DNA of 64,000 nucleotides from an uncultured bacterium (GCA_964619725.1 CAZUFC010000035.1:1-64000); one strand, 5' to 3'; positions 9,693-20,230 are shown, numbered from the stretch's first letter. Notes: a model not told the origin generated them from the letters alone. A program made the numbers and translations.

Positions 9693-9764
9693 TTTAGCCG
9701 CGAGAATGAGTCGTAATGTAATCATCGACAAAGGAATTGTCGAGGACAATTAATTAAGGAGGAA

Positions 9765-10436
9765 ATGATTATGCCTAAAGTAGCTGTTATTCTTTCAGGT
9801 TGCGGATATTTGGACGGCGGAGAAGTGCATGAGTCTGTTCTGACGATATTGGCTCTGGACCGGAAAGGAGTAGACATAGTGTATGCGGCGCCTTCCGGAA
9901 TTCAATATCACGTGGTCGATCATATCACGGGGAACACAATGGAAGGGGAGAAAAGGAGCGTATTGATCGAGTCGGCCCGGATCAGCCGGGGAAATATAAA
10001 GAAGGTATCCGAGCTGAATGTGTCGGACCTTGATGCGGTAGTTTTCCCGGGAGGATTCGGAGCTGCGAAGAACTGGTCTGATTTTGCTTTCAAGGGGAAG
10101 GATTGCACAGTTAATCCGGAAATTGAAAAAATAATCCGGGATGCTGCAGCAGCCAAAAAGCCGATGGGATTCCTGTGCATAGCTCCGGCAGTTGCGGCAA
10201 AGGCCCTTCAGGGGCAGCTTGAGAATCCGCCGAAGCTGACTATCGGTAATGACGGCGGTACCGCTGCGGCAATCGAAGATATGGGAGCAGTCCATGTAGA
10301 TGCACCGGTTGACGGAGTCGTTATCGACGACATCAATAAAATCGTTTCAACGCCTGCTTATATGTTGGCAGACAGGATATCTCAGGTCGAAGCCGGCGCG
10401 ACTAAACTCGTGGAAAGATTACTGGCCATGATATAG
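9765..10436 (+). CDS. elbB: Glyoxalase ElbB (DJ-1/PfpI, ES1 family)
   Basis: VAVILSGCGYLDGGEVHE, ESARISRG, PGGFGAAKN, CIAP and STPAYM are ElbB signatures. Confidence 0.92.
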   Translation: MIMPKVAVILSGCGYLDGGEVHESVLTILALDRKGVDIVYAAPSGIQYHVVDHITGNTMEGEKRSVLIESARISRGNIKKVSELNVSDLDAVVFPGGFGAAKNWSDFAFKGKDCTVNPEIEKIIRDAAAAKKPMGFLCIAPAVAAKALQGQLENPPKLTIGNDGGTAAAIEDMGAVHVDAPVDGVVIDDINKIVSTPAYMLADRISQVEAGATKLVERLLAMI

Positions 10437-10754
10437 ATATTCCGCACCTGTTTTCGATGCTGCCGTCAGCAACGGATATTATCAGGATCGCTTTGCGTGC
10501 AGCCGGCCGTCATCATTCAGACCGCAAGCAGGCGGCGATAACTTTATTCATGTGCGATTGTCGTCGGTCACATTTTCATTTCCTGCTTGCGGCTGAATGA
10601 ATGGTCACTTTTCAACCGGTGTAAAGCTTTTCTCTTTTTGCTGCGATCGTTAACTAATTTTTTTTCATGTGAAGTTCCTTTATTAACAGACCGGCATTTA
10701 AATCGACCAAAAATTCTTTTATTTCCGTTGAATTATGAAAGGAAAAGAGAAGGT

Positions 10755-11504
10755 ATGAACGGCAGAGAAACTATAATTGCCAAATGTCTGGAATTAATCC
10801 TCAAAAATGGTTTGAAAAATTTGTGCGACTATGGATGCGGCAACGGGAGAATGCTGAGGGATATCGCTAAGTATGCCGGAATTCCTCTTGATTTGACCGG
10901 CATCGATTACGCCAGAAGATTTGAGGATACTTCAGGAGAGCGATCTGAGCCTGAAATGCGCTTCATTGACAGGGATTCCATGGAATATCAGCAGTTGTTA
11001 TCGCGTTCTGATTTTGATCTGATTCTTTCTACCTGGGCTCTGCACCATTTCCGTTTTCCGGTGTCGGAGATTCAGGCGTTGTTCAGCATGCTGAAGAGAA
11101 ACGGATACTTTTTGCTGGCAGACATAAGCTTCAAGAATGATAATGATTCACAGACGATGAAAAATATATGCGGATTTGCTGATGAGATGCTTGAAGCGTT
11201 CAGAGGCAATTACCATCGTCATCATTACACGCTGGACGAGGCAAAGGACATTTTGAAAGTTTTGGATGCGGAGATTGTGGAAGCGTTTGAGGGGAAAGAG
11301 GATGTTGAGGAGGAGCAACGAAGAGAGGAGAAGGAAGAAGTTTCGGAAAAGATGAAGAGCAAAACGGATGCAATGGTTAGAGCTGAGGACAGGGAAATTG
11401 TGAGGGATTTGATTCGCGAGGTCATGATTATGGCGCAGAAATTGCTGGGTAAATATCTGATTGAGCATTCGACTTATTTCATGATAATTGGGAAGAAGAA
11501 CTGA
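10755..11504 (+). CDS. Class I SAM-dependent methyltransferase
   Basis: DYGCGNG motif I, TGID, FDLILSTWALHHF, LKRNG. Start placed at ATG 10755 after AGAAGG; the ORF-track extension to 10587 is probably non-coding. Confidence 0.75.
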   Translation: MNGRETIIAKCLELILKNGLKNLCDYGCGNGRMLRDIAKYAGIPLDLTGIDYARRFEDTSGERSEPEMRFIDRDSMEYQQLLSRSDFDLILSTWALHHFRFPVSEIQALFSMLKRNGYFLLADISFKNDNDSQTMKNICGFADEMLEAFRGNYHRHHYTLDEAKDILKVLDAEIVEAFEGKEDVEEEQRREEKEEVSEKMKSKTDAMVRAEDREIVRDLIREVMIMAQKLLGKYLIEHSTYFMIIGKKN

Positions 11505-11605
11505 GTGTTTTTTAGAGTTTTTAATGAAATGGGAAATCACAGATTATTGCTGAAAAATGGGAGGCCGAATGTATAATAGGAGACTGTTCGAAGGAGGATT
11601 ATGAG

Positions 11606-12988
11606 ATGGCGAGTGCGAAGCGAGTAAGTTCGCAGATAATTCCGACGTCCGGCATGGGGGTGTTGTCGCAGTATGAGACATCACAGTTGAAGAATACGAG
11701 TGAAGGGGGGATTCATCAGTTATTTCGTCAATGTTCGCTGGCGGTATTGACGGGCGGCAATGAGACGGATGATCCGCGCATTTTGTTGCAGAAGTACAAG
11801 GATTTTGACATAAAGGTAATCCCTCAAGCGAGAGGCATAAAGCTGGAGGTAATCAATGCGCCGCCGGAAGCTTTTGTAGACGGGCGGATAATCGAGAGCA
11901 TACGGGAGAATCTTTTTGCGGTATTGCGGGACATAATTTACATTCACAACAAGTTGAACTTTGAGGAGAAGCAGAATTTAGGCGGTTCAGAGATCATAAC
12001 GAATGAAATTTTTCATATATTAAAAAATGCTGAGGCGTTGAAACCGGTATTAAAATGCAATCGGATCGTGTGCTGGGGAGGACATGCCGTCAATCGAGAG
12101 GAATATGAATACAGCAAGCAGGTGGGATATGAGCTTGGGCTTCGGGGATTGGACATTATAACGGGTTGCGGCACAGGGGTAATGAAGGGTCCGATGAAGG
12201 GCGCCAGGGTAGGGCACGCCAAGCAGCGCATATATAAAGGAGAATACGTTGGTTTGACCGAACCGGAAATAATAGCTGCAGAGGCGCCGAATCCCGTGGT
12301 GAATAGACTGGTCATAATGCCGGATATTGAGAAGCGTTTGGAGGCTTTCGTTCGCCTGGGACATGGTTTTATCGTTTTTCCGGGCGGGGTGGGCACAGCG
12401 GAAGAAATTTTATATTTATTAGGCGTTTTATTGACGGAAGAGAACCAGGAAATGCCTTTTCCGTTAATTTTCACCGGTCCGAAAAAGAGCGAATTTTATT
12501 TTAGACTGATTGATGATTTTATAGCTGCGACATTGGGTAGGGAAGCACAGGAAAAATATGAGATAGTGATAGGCGACCCGAAAAAGACGGCGTATACGAT
12601 GAAAAAGGGAGTTACCCGGATAAGGCGATACAGGAAGAAGCGGTCTGATGCTTACTATTTCAACTGGTTATTGGAGATTAAGCCTGTTTTTCAGGAGCGT
12701 TTTATTGCAACGCATGAAAGTATGGAGCGATTACGCATAAGCAAAGAGCAGGGTTTGATGTCTCTGGCGGTAAATTTACGACGAGCATTTTCCGGCATTG
12801 TAGCAGGGAACGTGAAGGAAGACGGCATACGGAGAATTGAGGAATATGGACCTTTCAGAATCCAGGGTGATTCCGAGATAATGGGGAAGCTTGATGAGCT
12901 TTTGCGATCATTCGTGCGCAGCAACAGGATGAAATTAAACGGCAGGGCGTATGAACCCTGCTACGAGATAATAATGGGGCGAAGATGA
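11606..12988 (+). CDS. ppnN: Pyrimidine/purine nucleotide 5'-monophosphate nucleosidase PpnN (YgdH, LOG family)
   Basis: LFRQCSLAVL, AFVDG, VCWGGH, TGCGTGVMKGPMKGA, LOG motif PGGVGTAEE, LRRAFSGIVAGNVK and C-terminal YEPCY. Confidence 0.92.
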   Translation: MASAKRVSSQIIPTSGMGVLSQYETSQLKNTSEGGIHQLFRQCSLAVLTGGNETDDPRILLQKYKDFDIKVIPQARGIKLEVINAPPEAFVDGRIIESIRENLFAVLRDIIYIHNKLNFEEKQNLGGSEIITNEIFHILKNAEALKPVLKCNRIVCWGGHAVNREEYEYSKQVGYELGLRGLDIITGCGTGVMKGPMKGARVGHAKQRIYKGEYVGLTEPEIIAAEAPNPVVNRLVIMPDIEKRLEAFVRLGHGFIVFPGGVGTAEEILYLLGVLLTEENQEMPFPLIFTGPKKSEFYFRLIDDFIAATLGREAQEKYEIVIGDPKKTAYTMKKGVTRIRRYRKKRSDAYYFNWLLEIKPVFQERFIATHESMERLRISKEQGLMSLAVNLRRAFSGIVAGNVKEDGIRRIEEYGPFRIQGDSEIMGKLDELLRSFVRSNRMKLNGRAYEPCYEIIMGRR

Positions 12989-15900
12989 AGACTGCGGTGG
13001 TAGCGGAAAAACCTTCTGTAGCGAGGGATATAGCGCGAGCGCTGGGTGCGGGAGAGCGAGGCGACGGATATTTGCAGGGTAACGGTTATAAAGTGACGTG
13101 GGCATTAGGTCATCTTGTCCGGCTGCCGGAACCTCATGAGATAGATTCTGTCTGGAAGTCCTGGCGCCGAGAGAATCTGCCCATGCTGCCGGAAGAATGG
13201 CCGATAAAGGTAATCAGAAAAACGCGAAAACAGTTTAACACGGTGAAAAGGATAATCAACGACAGGGCTGTTGGGAGAGTAGTTTGTGCAACGGATGCCG
13301 GAAGAGAGGGTGAGTTGATTTTCAGGTTAATATATGAAGCAGCCGGATGCGTAAAGCCTGTGGAGCGATTATGGATATCTTCATTGACGGAGGAAGCGAT
13401 AAAGGAAGGATTTGAGAACTTAAAGCCTGGCGGCAGGTATGATTCGCTGGCTTCTGCGGCGCGTGGACGAAGCCGTGCGGACTGGCTGGTCGGGATGAAT
13501 TTTTCGCGAGCGTACAGTTTGAGTCATAAGGATCATTTTTCTGTGGGGCGAGTTCAGACGCCCACATTGGCGATGATCGTGGACCGGGAGCTGGAGATAC
13601 GGAATTTTGTCCCGGAAAAGTATTTGCAGATTTATGCGACGTTTTCGCGGTGGAGTGAAGAAGGAGAGAGATCGAACGGCGATGGGAGGGAGGCAACAGA
13701 ATCGTACAAGGGTGTATGGTTTCGGGACAAAGAAAAGGGGTCGCCGCCTGAGTGGCCTAAGGAAAAAGAATTAAAAGAAAAGCGACCGGACAGGCTTCCT
13801 GACGACGTGGAATTGGCTGAGCGTATAATCGAACGGGTAGTAAGGGGATCGGCTCAAATAACATCTATAAATTCCAGGGAAAAAAGCATTCCGCCTCCTT
13901 TACTTTATGATTTAGCGGAGCTGCAGCGCGATGCCAATCGTTTTTTCGGTTATAGCGCCGAAAAGACGTTACAGATAGCCCAGAAGCTTTATGAGCGTCG
14001 GAAGCTGATCAGTTATCCCCGAACGGACAGTCGCAGGCTGGATGAAAAAACCGCGGGAACGCTGGAAAAAATAGTCCGAGTAATAGAGAAGCCTTACCGG
14101 GCACATTTACCGTTTGGTGAGCGGATACCTCGCTTAGGCCGGCGTTTTGTAGACGATTCGAAAGTTACCGATCATCATGCCGTTATACCGACGGCTGTTT
14201 CTGCGGAAGGAAAAGATTTAACGAGAGAAGAGAGCCGAATTTATGATCTGGTATGCCGAAGGCTTTTGTCTGCCTGGCTGGACAATTACATAACGAAATC
14301 CACAACGGTCATAACTGAAGTCGAATCAATTTCGAGCGAGGACGGAAAGAGAACGGTTGATCATTTTAAATCCCGCGGAATCATAGTAGAGCAGTTGGGT
14401 TGGAAGGTTCTGGAATACAGCAGCGAACGATACGGAAAAAATCGGTCGTGGAAAGGGCAGGAGCCTGAGGAACAGGCGCTGCCGGCTTTTTTGCGTAAAG
14501 GGCAAAAACAGAATGTGGTCAGCGCCGAATACAAGCGAAAACAGACGAAACCGCCGCCACGTTTTAACGATGCCGCTCTCTTGACGGCTATGGAAACTGC
14601 AGGAAAGTCTCTCGACAGCAAGGAACTTTCCGATATCATGAAAGAGTGCGGGCTGGGGACCCCGGCTACGCGAGCCGCAATCATTGAAACTTTGATCAGA
14701 AGAGGATACATAAGTCGCAAAGGGAAAACGTTTTATGCTCTGGAAAAGGGAATTCGTCTGATTGATTCTGTGCATCCTCACGTCAAGAGCCCTGAGATGA
14801 CCGGCAAATGGGAGAGGAAACTGAAACGGATAGAGCAGCAAAAAGGTGATTTGGAGCGTTTTTTAAAAGAAATCGAAGAGTATGTCAGAGAAGTTGTGGA
14901 AGAAGTTTTCTCCGACAATACGAGTACAGAAGGGTTTTACTCAGAGGCGGGATCAGAAGCGCCGCCTGTTTCCGATGATACATTCAAAAAGAAAGAGGCC
15001 GGCGAAGTATCGACGCGAAAGAGCGGAACGGAGGGTCGAAGAGAAGCGGAAAGAGCGACAGAGGATTTGCATGGGAGGGAACAATTGAAAACGGGTGAGC
15101 CGCCGCCGGAGGATATGGAAGAATGGGACGGTATTATCACAGGAGCCGAATTTGCAGGATATGATGAGGTTCCGCCTGACGTTCTGGAGGCTGAAATGGC
15201 CGGCGGCCGCGATTATGCCGAATTCATCGAGAATCCATCGCCTGTCAGGACTAAAAAGGAAATAAAGCATCCTGAGAATCTGGATTATTTACTGAGAGAA
15301 ATTTTCGGATTTAAAGATTTCAGGCGGTATCAGAAGAGTATCTGCAGTTCCATCATAGGGGGGAACGATGCATTGGTGGTCATGCCGACAGGAATGGGCA
15401 AATCGTTATGTTATCAATTGCCGGGCATAGCCTTGCAGGGAACCACTCTGGTGATCAGTCCACTGATAGCGCTTATGGAGGATCAGACGGCCAAGTTAAA
15501 GGAAATGGGATTCAATGCTGAAAGGATTCATTCGGGAAGATCGCGTTTAGAATCCAGGGCCGTATGCCGATCATATCTCCAGGGCGAGCTGGATTTTTTA
15601 TTCATAGCGCCGGAAAGATTGGGCGTAAAAGGTTTCCCGGAGATGCTCGCGCGATATAAGCCAGTTCTGATCGCCATTGATGAAGCTCATTGCATCTCAC
15701 ATTGGGGACACGATTTCAGACCCGATTACCGTCTGCTGGGCGAAAGGCTGCCTGTTTTTCGTTCCTCACCGGTAGTCGCCATGACGGCCACCGCTACGCC
15801 GCGCGTGCAGCAGGACATCCTCGATCAACTGGGTTTGAAAGACGGAAGACGTTTCATTCACGGTTTCCGGCGTACCAATATTGCAATTGAAGTGGTCGAA

Positions 15901-17316
15901 CTGCCCCCCGCTCAAAGACAAAACGCTGCTTATCAAATATTGAAAGAACCGGATGCTCTGCCTGCAATCGTTTATGCTTCTACCAGAAAAAAAACGGAAA
16001 GCATGGCTGAAGAATTCGGTTATACTCTGAGAGCCGCCGCTTACCATGCCGGGTTGACTCCCAGGCAACGCGAGCAAGTCCAGACAGGCTTCCTGAAAGG
16101 AGAACTGGACGTCATCGTCGCCACTATCGCTTTCGGGATGGGAATAGACAAACCGGATATACGCACTGTCATTCATACGGCTTTGCCGGGGACGCTAGAA
16201 GGCTATTACCAGGAAATAGGCCGTGCCGGAAGAGACGGAAAATTATCGAGAGCAGTTCTATTTCATTCGTACGCGGACTGCAAAATACATGAGTTCTTTC
16301 TAGAAAAAAACTATCCGCCGGCTTCCGTGGTTAAAGCTGTTTATAATGAACTCACAGACGACAAAATTCCGAAAAATGAATTATTATTCAAGCTCAACAT
16401 GGACGAAGAACTGTATGAAAATGCGCTGGAAAAATTATGGATTCATCACGGCGTAGAGATCGACCCGCTGGAGAATCTTATGCGGGGTGATCGTCAGTGG
16501 CTTCCGGCTTATCTGGCTCAAAGAGACCACAAAGCGAAACAACTGGACGATATGAGACGGTTTGCCGAGTCATGTCGATGCCGCATGCTGCACCTGGTTA
16601 AATATTTCGGAGATAAAACGGATACGGGAGAATCCTGCGGCATATGTGATTTTTGCAACCCCGAAACGAACGTAGCCACGCAGAAAAGGGCCCTCAATAA
16701 TCAGGAGCTGGAAGCCGGGGTGAAGATTATGGATACGTTGAGAAATTCAAGAGGATTAGGAACCTCCCGGTTGTTCAAAGAGACGTGCGCAAATTCATCA
16801 ATAAACAGAAAACAATTCGAGGCGCTGTTATTCGCAATGGCACGTTCCGGTTTGTTGACGATAAGAAGAGACTCTTTTGAAAAAAACGGACAGCTTATCA
16901 ACTACAGAAGAGTAGAGATGAAACCCGAAGCCAGGCGTTACAGTTCGGCGATGGTTTATAAAGTTCATATCGACGATCATCCCCTGTGGAACTCCGTCGA
17001 ATCAAAAAGTAAAACCGGGTACGGAAAAAGAAAAGACAAGAAAAAGAAAGATCAGAAAATTCAGAAAAAAGCGGAAAGACCGAAGAATCCTCATGTCTAT
17101 GAAGCGTTGAAAAAATGGCGATTACAGACAGCCAGAAAAATAAACAAACCCGCCTTTATAATATTCGGGAACAAAACCCTGGAAGCATTGTCCCGAGACC
17201 TGCCTAAAGACAGAGAAAGCCTGCTGGAGGCTAACGGAATTGGACCTCATAAGGCAAAACAATATGGTAAAGAAATATTAAGGGTCATTAATGAGATCAT
17301 AGGCCCGGACAGATGA
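12985..17316 (+). CDS. topB: DNA topoisomerase III (type IA) fused to a RecQ-family helicase with HRDC domain
   Basis: TOPRIM AEKPS and ATDAGREGE, active-site ISYPRTDS, GLGTPATRA, then an acidic linker. RecQ motifs MPTGMGKSLCYQLP, DEAHC and QEIGRAGRDG, Zn site CGICDFC, and a C-terminal HRDC. Single uninterrupted 1443-aa ORF; the ATG overlaps the ppnN stop (ATGA). Confidence 0.92.
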   Translation: MKTAVVAEKPSVARDIARALGAGERGDGYLQGNGYKVTWALGHLVRLPEPHEIDSVWKSWRRENLPMLPEEWPIKVIRKTRKQFNTVKRIINDRAVGRVVCATDAGREGELIFRLIYEAAGCVKPVERLWISSLTEEAIKEGFENLKPGGRYDSLASAARGRSRADWLVGMNFSRAYSLSHKDHFSVGRVQTPTLAMIVDRELEIRNFVPEKYLQIYATFSRWSEEGERSNGDGREATESYKGVWFRDKEKGSPPEWPKEKELKEKRPDRLPDDVELAERIIERVVRGSAQITSINSREKSIPPPLLYDLAELQRDANRFFGYSAEKTLQIAQKLYERRKLISYPRTDSRRLDEKTAGTLEKIVRVIEKPYRAHLPFGERIPRLGRRFVDDSKVTDHHAVIPTAVSAEGKDLTREESRIYDLVCRRLLSAWLDNYITKSTTVITEVESISSEDGKRTVDHFKSRGIIVEQLGWKVLEYSSERYGKNRSWKGQEPEEQALPAFLRKGQKQNVVSAEYKRKQTKPPPRFNDAALLTAMETAGKSLDSKELSDIMKECGLGTPATRAAIIETLIRRGYISRKGKTFYALEKGIRLIDSVHPHVKSPEMTGKWERKLKRIEQQKGDLERFLKEIEEYVREVVEEVFSDNTSTEGFYSEAGSEAPPVSDDTFKKKEAGEVSTRKSGTEGRREAERATEDLHGREQLKTGEPPPEDMEEWDGIITGAEFAGYDEVPPDVLEAEMAGGRDYAEFIENPSPVRTKKEIKHPENLDYLLREIFGFKDFRRYQKSICSSIIGGNDALVVMPTGMGKSLCYQLPGIALQGTTLVISPLIALMEDQTAKLKEMGFNAERIHSGRSRLESRAVCRSYLQGELDFLFIAPERLGVKGFPEMLARYKPVLIAIDEAHCISHWGHDFRPDYRLLGERLPVFRSSPVVAMTATATPRVQQDILDQLGLKDGRRFIHGFRRTNIAIEVVELPPAQRQNAAYQILKEPDALPAIVYASTRKKTESMAEEFGYTLRAAAYHAGLTPRQREQVQTGFLKGELDVIVATIAFGMGIDKPDIRTVIHTALPGTLEGYYQEIGRAGRDGKLSRAVLFHSYADCKIHEFFLEKNYPPASVVKAVYNELTDDKIPKNELLFKLNMDEELYENALEKLWIHHGVEIDPLENLMRGDRQWLPAYLAQRDHKAKQLDDMRRFAESCRCRMLHLVKYFGDKTDTGESCGICDFCNPETNVATQKRALNNQELEAGVKIMDTLRNSRGLGTSRLFKETCANSSINRKQFEALLFAMARSGLLTIRRDSFEKNGQLINYRRVEMKPEARRYSSAMVYKVHIDDHPLWNSVESKSKTGYGKRKDKKKKDQKIQKKAERPKNPHVYEALKKWRLQTARKINKPAFIIFGNKTLEALSRDLPKDRESLLEANGIGPHKAKQYGKEILRVINEIIGPDR

Positions 17317-17363
17317 CGGTCCGCAAGGAAACGGGTGAACTAAGGATGCTTGACGCCCGGACG

Positions 17364-17384
17364 TTTCCGAAAGGCTCTGACCCC
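17364..17384. repeat. REP-like 21-bp dispersed repeat copy
   Basis: TTTCCGAAAGGCTCTGACCCC between two convergent gene ends. Confidence 0.8.
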
Positions 17385-17398
17385 CTCGCAAATCAAGA

Positions 17399-18013
17399 TC
17401 AATCGCTCTTTTGAAGGATTTCAACTTTGCAGTCAGCCAGCTCTTTAAATTTTTCAGCGTCTGCGACATCGCCGACGATTTCCCCGTAATGCATGGGAAT
17501 CGCCAGTCCGGGTTTGATCAGGGATACGGCATCTGCTGCTTCTTCAGCGGTCATTACATATGTTCCGCTGACCGGTAGCAGAGCGATGTCACAGTTTATC
17601 ATTTCCATTTCCGGAATAACGTCGGTGTCGCCGGCGTGATAAATTCTTTTGTTTTTGACGGTCACTATAAAACCGAGTTTACCGGTCTCTTTCGGATGAA
17701 ATTTTTTATTGATGTTGTATGCGGGAACAGCTTCAACCGGTATTCCACGGACGGTCATCTTATCGCCCGGCGATGCTGTTTTGACGTTTCCCGTCAATTT
17801 TTGAGCGGCTTCCGGTGTTGTAACTATGACGGTATCATCATTTTGAAGCCGGTTGACGTCTTCCATGGACAAATGATCGTAATGCTCATGGGTGATAAGA
17901 ATAATGTCCGCCTTTTCCTGCCGTTTTATTTTCCAGGGATCGATGTATATGACGATATCCTCGTCTTGTATTCTGAACGAATCATGTCCCAGCCATTGAA
18001 TATTTTCAATCAT
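17399..18013 (-). CDS. MBL-fold metallo-hydrolase (UlaG/UPF0173-like)
   Basis: WLGHDSF, IDP, THEHYDH, YHAGDT, IPMHYG. Confidence 0.88.
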   Translation of the reverse strand: MIENIQWLGHDSFRIQDEDIVIYIDPWKIKRQEKADIILITHEHYDHLSMEDVNRLQNDDTVIVTTPEAAQKLTGNVKTASPGDKMTVRGIPVEAVPAYNINKKFHPKETGKLGFIVTVKNKRIYHAGDTDVIPEMEMINCDIALLPVSGTYVMTAEEAADAVSLIKPGLAIPMHYGEIVGDVADAEKFKELADCKVEILQKSD

Positions 18014-19274
18014 CCTTTTCTCCTTTCATATCGATTTTCGGAATTTCCTGCACCTCCTCTTCCACAGAAAATAAAGGCCAGGGTTTAAAACCGAATATTT
18101 TCGTAATCAGAACTCCGGGAAAACTGCTGATGTCGGTGTTGTATTCCTCGGCGGTTTCGTTAAAAGTTTTACGGCCGTGGGCAATTTTTTCTTCTAAAGC
18201 GATCAATTGCTGAAATACGTTTTCATGCAAAGCCGAGCTTTTCAGTTCCGGGTAATTCTCTACCGTTCTGAACAATCCGTTCAACGAGTTCACCATATCC
18301 GACTCCATTTCAACCTTTCTGGCGATTCCGCCTTTTAAGGCCGAAGAACGAATCCCGGCCAGGTCCTCCAGAACATCCTGCTCAAACTGCGAATATTGTT
18401 TCACGACTTGAATCAGATTCGGTATCAAATCGTACCTTGCCAGGAGGTCCACTTCGATTTGCTTCCAGGAATTGCGGACTCTGTTTCTGTATTGCACGAA
18501 CATGTTGTAATAGGAGATGATCATCAACGGCAACCACAGAACGAAAGCGATGCCTGCTGAAATTGCGGCATACTGTGGAGACCACCAGGAGCCGTCCGGC
18601 ATGAGCCCTTTCATGAGTATAACGATTCCGTAGACGCAGACGGTAATTCCCAAAAAAAGAAATATTCTTCCGACCCATCTTAATGCCGCTTCTTTTGTTT
18701 CCGAACTCTTCAAAAAATTTTCCCGGCTTTTTGTCGTAACAACCAACGGAATATTTTCGTAGGGTTCCAGGGTTCCCTTGTCTTCAGATACGCTGCCTAT
18801 CGCTCCCACGGTCGATGCAAGCGGCAAATACCTAATCGAATGTCGCCAACTGCCGATTCTTTGCGTTTTGGACTCAAGCCCGTCATATTCCGCCTGTTTT
18901 CCCCGTATAAGGATTTTTCCGGTCTGATCATCGACGTTAAAGTCCGCAGAATCGGACTCCGTTCTCTTCGTAACCCATTCGTAATACGTCTCTGTTTTGC
19001 CGTTTACTTTCCGGGTCTTTCTTTCATGATGCTCCAATTTGTAATGGTAATGAAGGCATGCGATATTAAAATGAGGCGTCGTCACCGGCGAAATGACATC
19101 CGTCTTGCCGTCCAGCCATACATCGTCCCGTGGATTAACATATTTGATCTTCAGAGGAGTCGCCCGCTGAATAATATAATTTTTGCGATCAGCTTTCCTG
19201 GAAAGATACAAAAACAGCGTGGCCAAGAGAATAATGACTCCTCCGATGATAAAAAAGTAAAAATGAGTTTCCAT
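18006..19274 (-). CDS. lemA: LemA-family protein with an N-terminal GIDE-like membrane-anchored domain
   Basis: C-terminal LemA motifs (YN...RN.V..SW.QIEV.L..RYDLIPNL; VENYPELKS; YNT.I..FPG). N-terminal TM, a beta-rich domain (F.VDD.TG.I) and two further TMs. Confidence 0.78.
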   Translation of the reverse strand: METHFYFFIIGGVIILLATLFLYLSRKADRKNYIIQRATPLKIKYVNPRDDVWLDGKTDVISPVTTPHFNIACLHYHYKLEHHERKTRKVNGKTETYYEWVTKRTESDSADFNVDDQTGKILIRGKQAEYDGLESKTQRIGSWRHSIRYLPLASTVGAIGSVSEDKGTLEPYENIPLVVTTKSRENFLKSSETKEAALRWVGRIFLFLGITVCVYGIVILMKGLMPDGSWWSPQYAAISAGIAFVLWLPLMIISYYNMFVQYRNRVRNSWKQIEVDLLARYDLIPNLIQVVKQYSQFEQDVLEDLAGIRSSALKGGIARKVEMESDMVNSLNGLFRTVENYPELKSSALHENVFQQLIALEEKIAHGRKTFNETAEEYNTDISSFPGVLITKIFGFKPWPLFSVEEEVQEIPKIDMKGEKDD

Positions 19275-19495
19275 TCGGTTATCTCCTCAAAATCAGATTA
19301 AAGCTTACCATTAAGAATATGGCGTTTTGGGCGCTCAGCGTCTTTTCACAGTTGCTTTTTTTCTCTGGATTAATGCCGATTCCTCCTCAGCGCCCGGATA
19401 ACGTTTAACTCAATAATAATAAAATAATAGTTCTGCGGTCGTCAAACCTAAATTTTTTTGGAACTTTTTTCTGATTTTCGGTGTAGCCGATAAAG

Positions 19496-19957
19496 ATGGA
19501 GATGCAATTGGTTTGCCTGAGGAATCCAATGAAATATTTCACTTTTAAAAATCATGTCGGTCGGTTAATCGGAATTGCAGCGCTGATATTTGTCGCATCA
19601 TGTCTTCCTGAGGAGCACACGGGACCTCAGGATAACCTGAGGAAGATGTACGTCCAGGGCGTCGAAATACCTGGATCTGTTGATGCGGACCAGGAAATCC
19701 TTGTTGTGGTGCACGGTTTTCTGATGGGTTCTGGAGAGCGGTTCTTCAGGGTTGAAAGCGCTCAGACAAGCGAAGAAGATGGCTGCGAATTTCATTTGAT
19801 TCCGCAGGTTGAAATCGTGTCGGATATTTCCTATCCAGCCAAAGAAGAGATAGTGGTGACAGCGAGTATTGCGAATCCCGGACCGTGTATCTGCCGCATA
19901 AAAGTAGAAGGGTCAAACCGCATTATCAGGAAAGAAACGATAATTGAAGCCGACTGA
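19496..19957 (+). CDS. Hypothetical lipoprotein
   Basis: Hydrophobic stretch ending in the lipobox-like VASC, followed by a small beta-rich domain. The true start may be the second Met. Confidence 0.5.
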   Translation: MEMQLVCLRNPMKYFTFKNHVGRLIGIAALIFVASCLPEEHTGPQDNLRKMYVQGVEIPGSVDADQEILVVVHGFLMGSGERFFRVESAQTSEEDGCEFHLIPQVEIVSDISYPAKEEIVVTASIANPGPCICRIKVEGSNRIIRKETIIEAD

Positions 19958-20230
19958 TACGATTTTTTCTGCAGGATATTTTTGCAAGGGATATTTCAGT
20001 TTCGTCATTTTTGGTTTAAGATAAATATTCCGGCGTATCGTCGGTTTGGAAAGATTTTCGGTTTTTGTCCATCGCAGTTCTGATTCATGCATCTGGAGGA
20101 AACTGTATCGTTGGCCGAGGGGAGCATTGCAGATTTGAAAAAATAGTTATCAAGCAATAGAATATGATGAGAGTGACTTTCGAATGAGTAAAGAGAGACT
20201 CTTAATGATTTACAGAACAGGAGTATAGAG

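Noticed and set aside
10587-10754. N-terminal extension of the methyltransferase ORF
   Set aside because: AT-rich promoter-like sequence with a TTG start. A better RBS and ATG lie at 10755.
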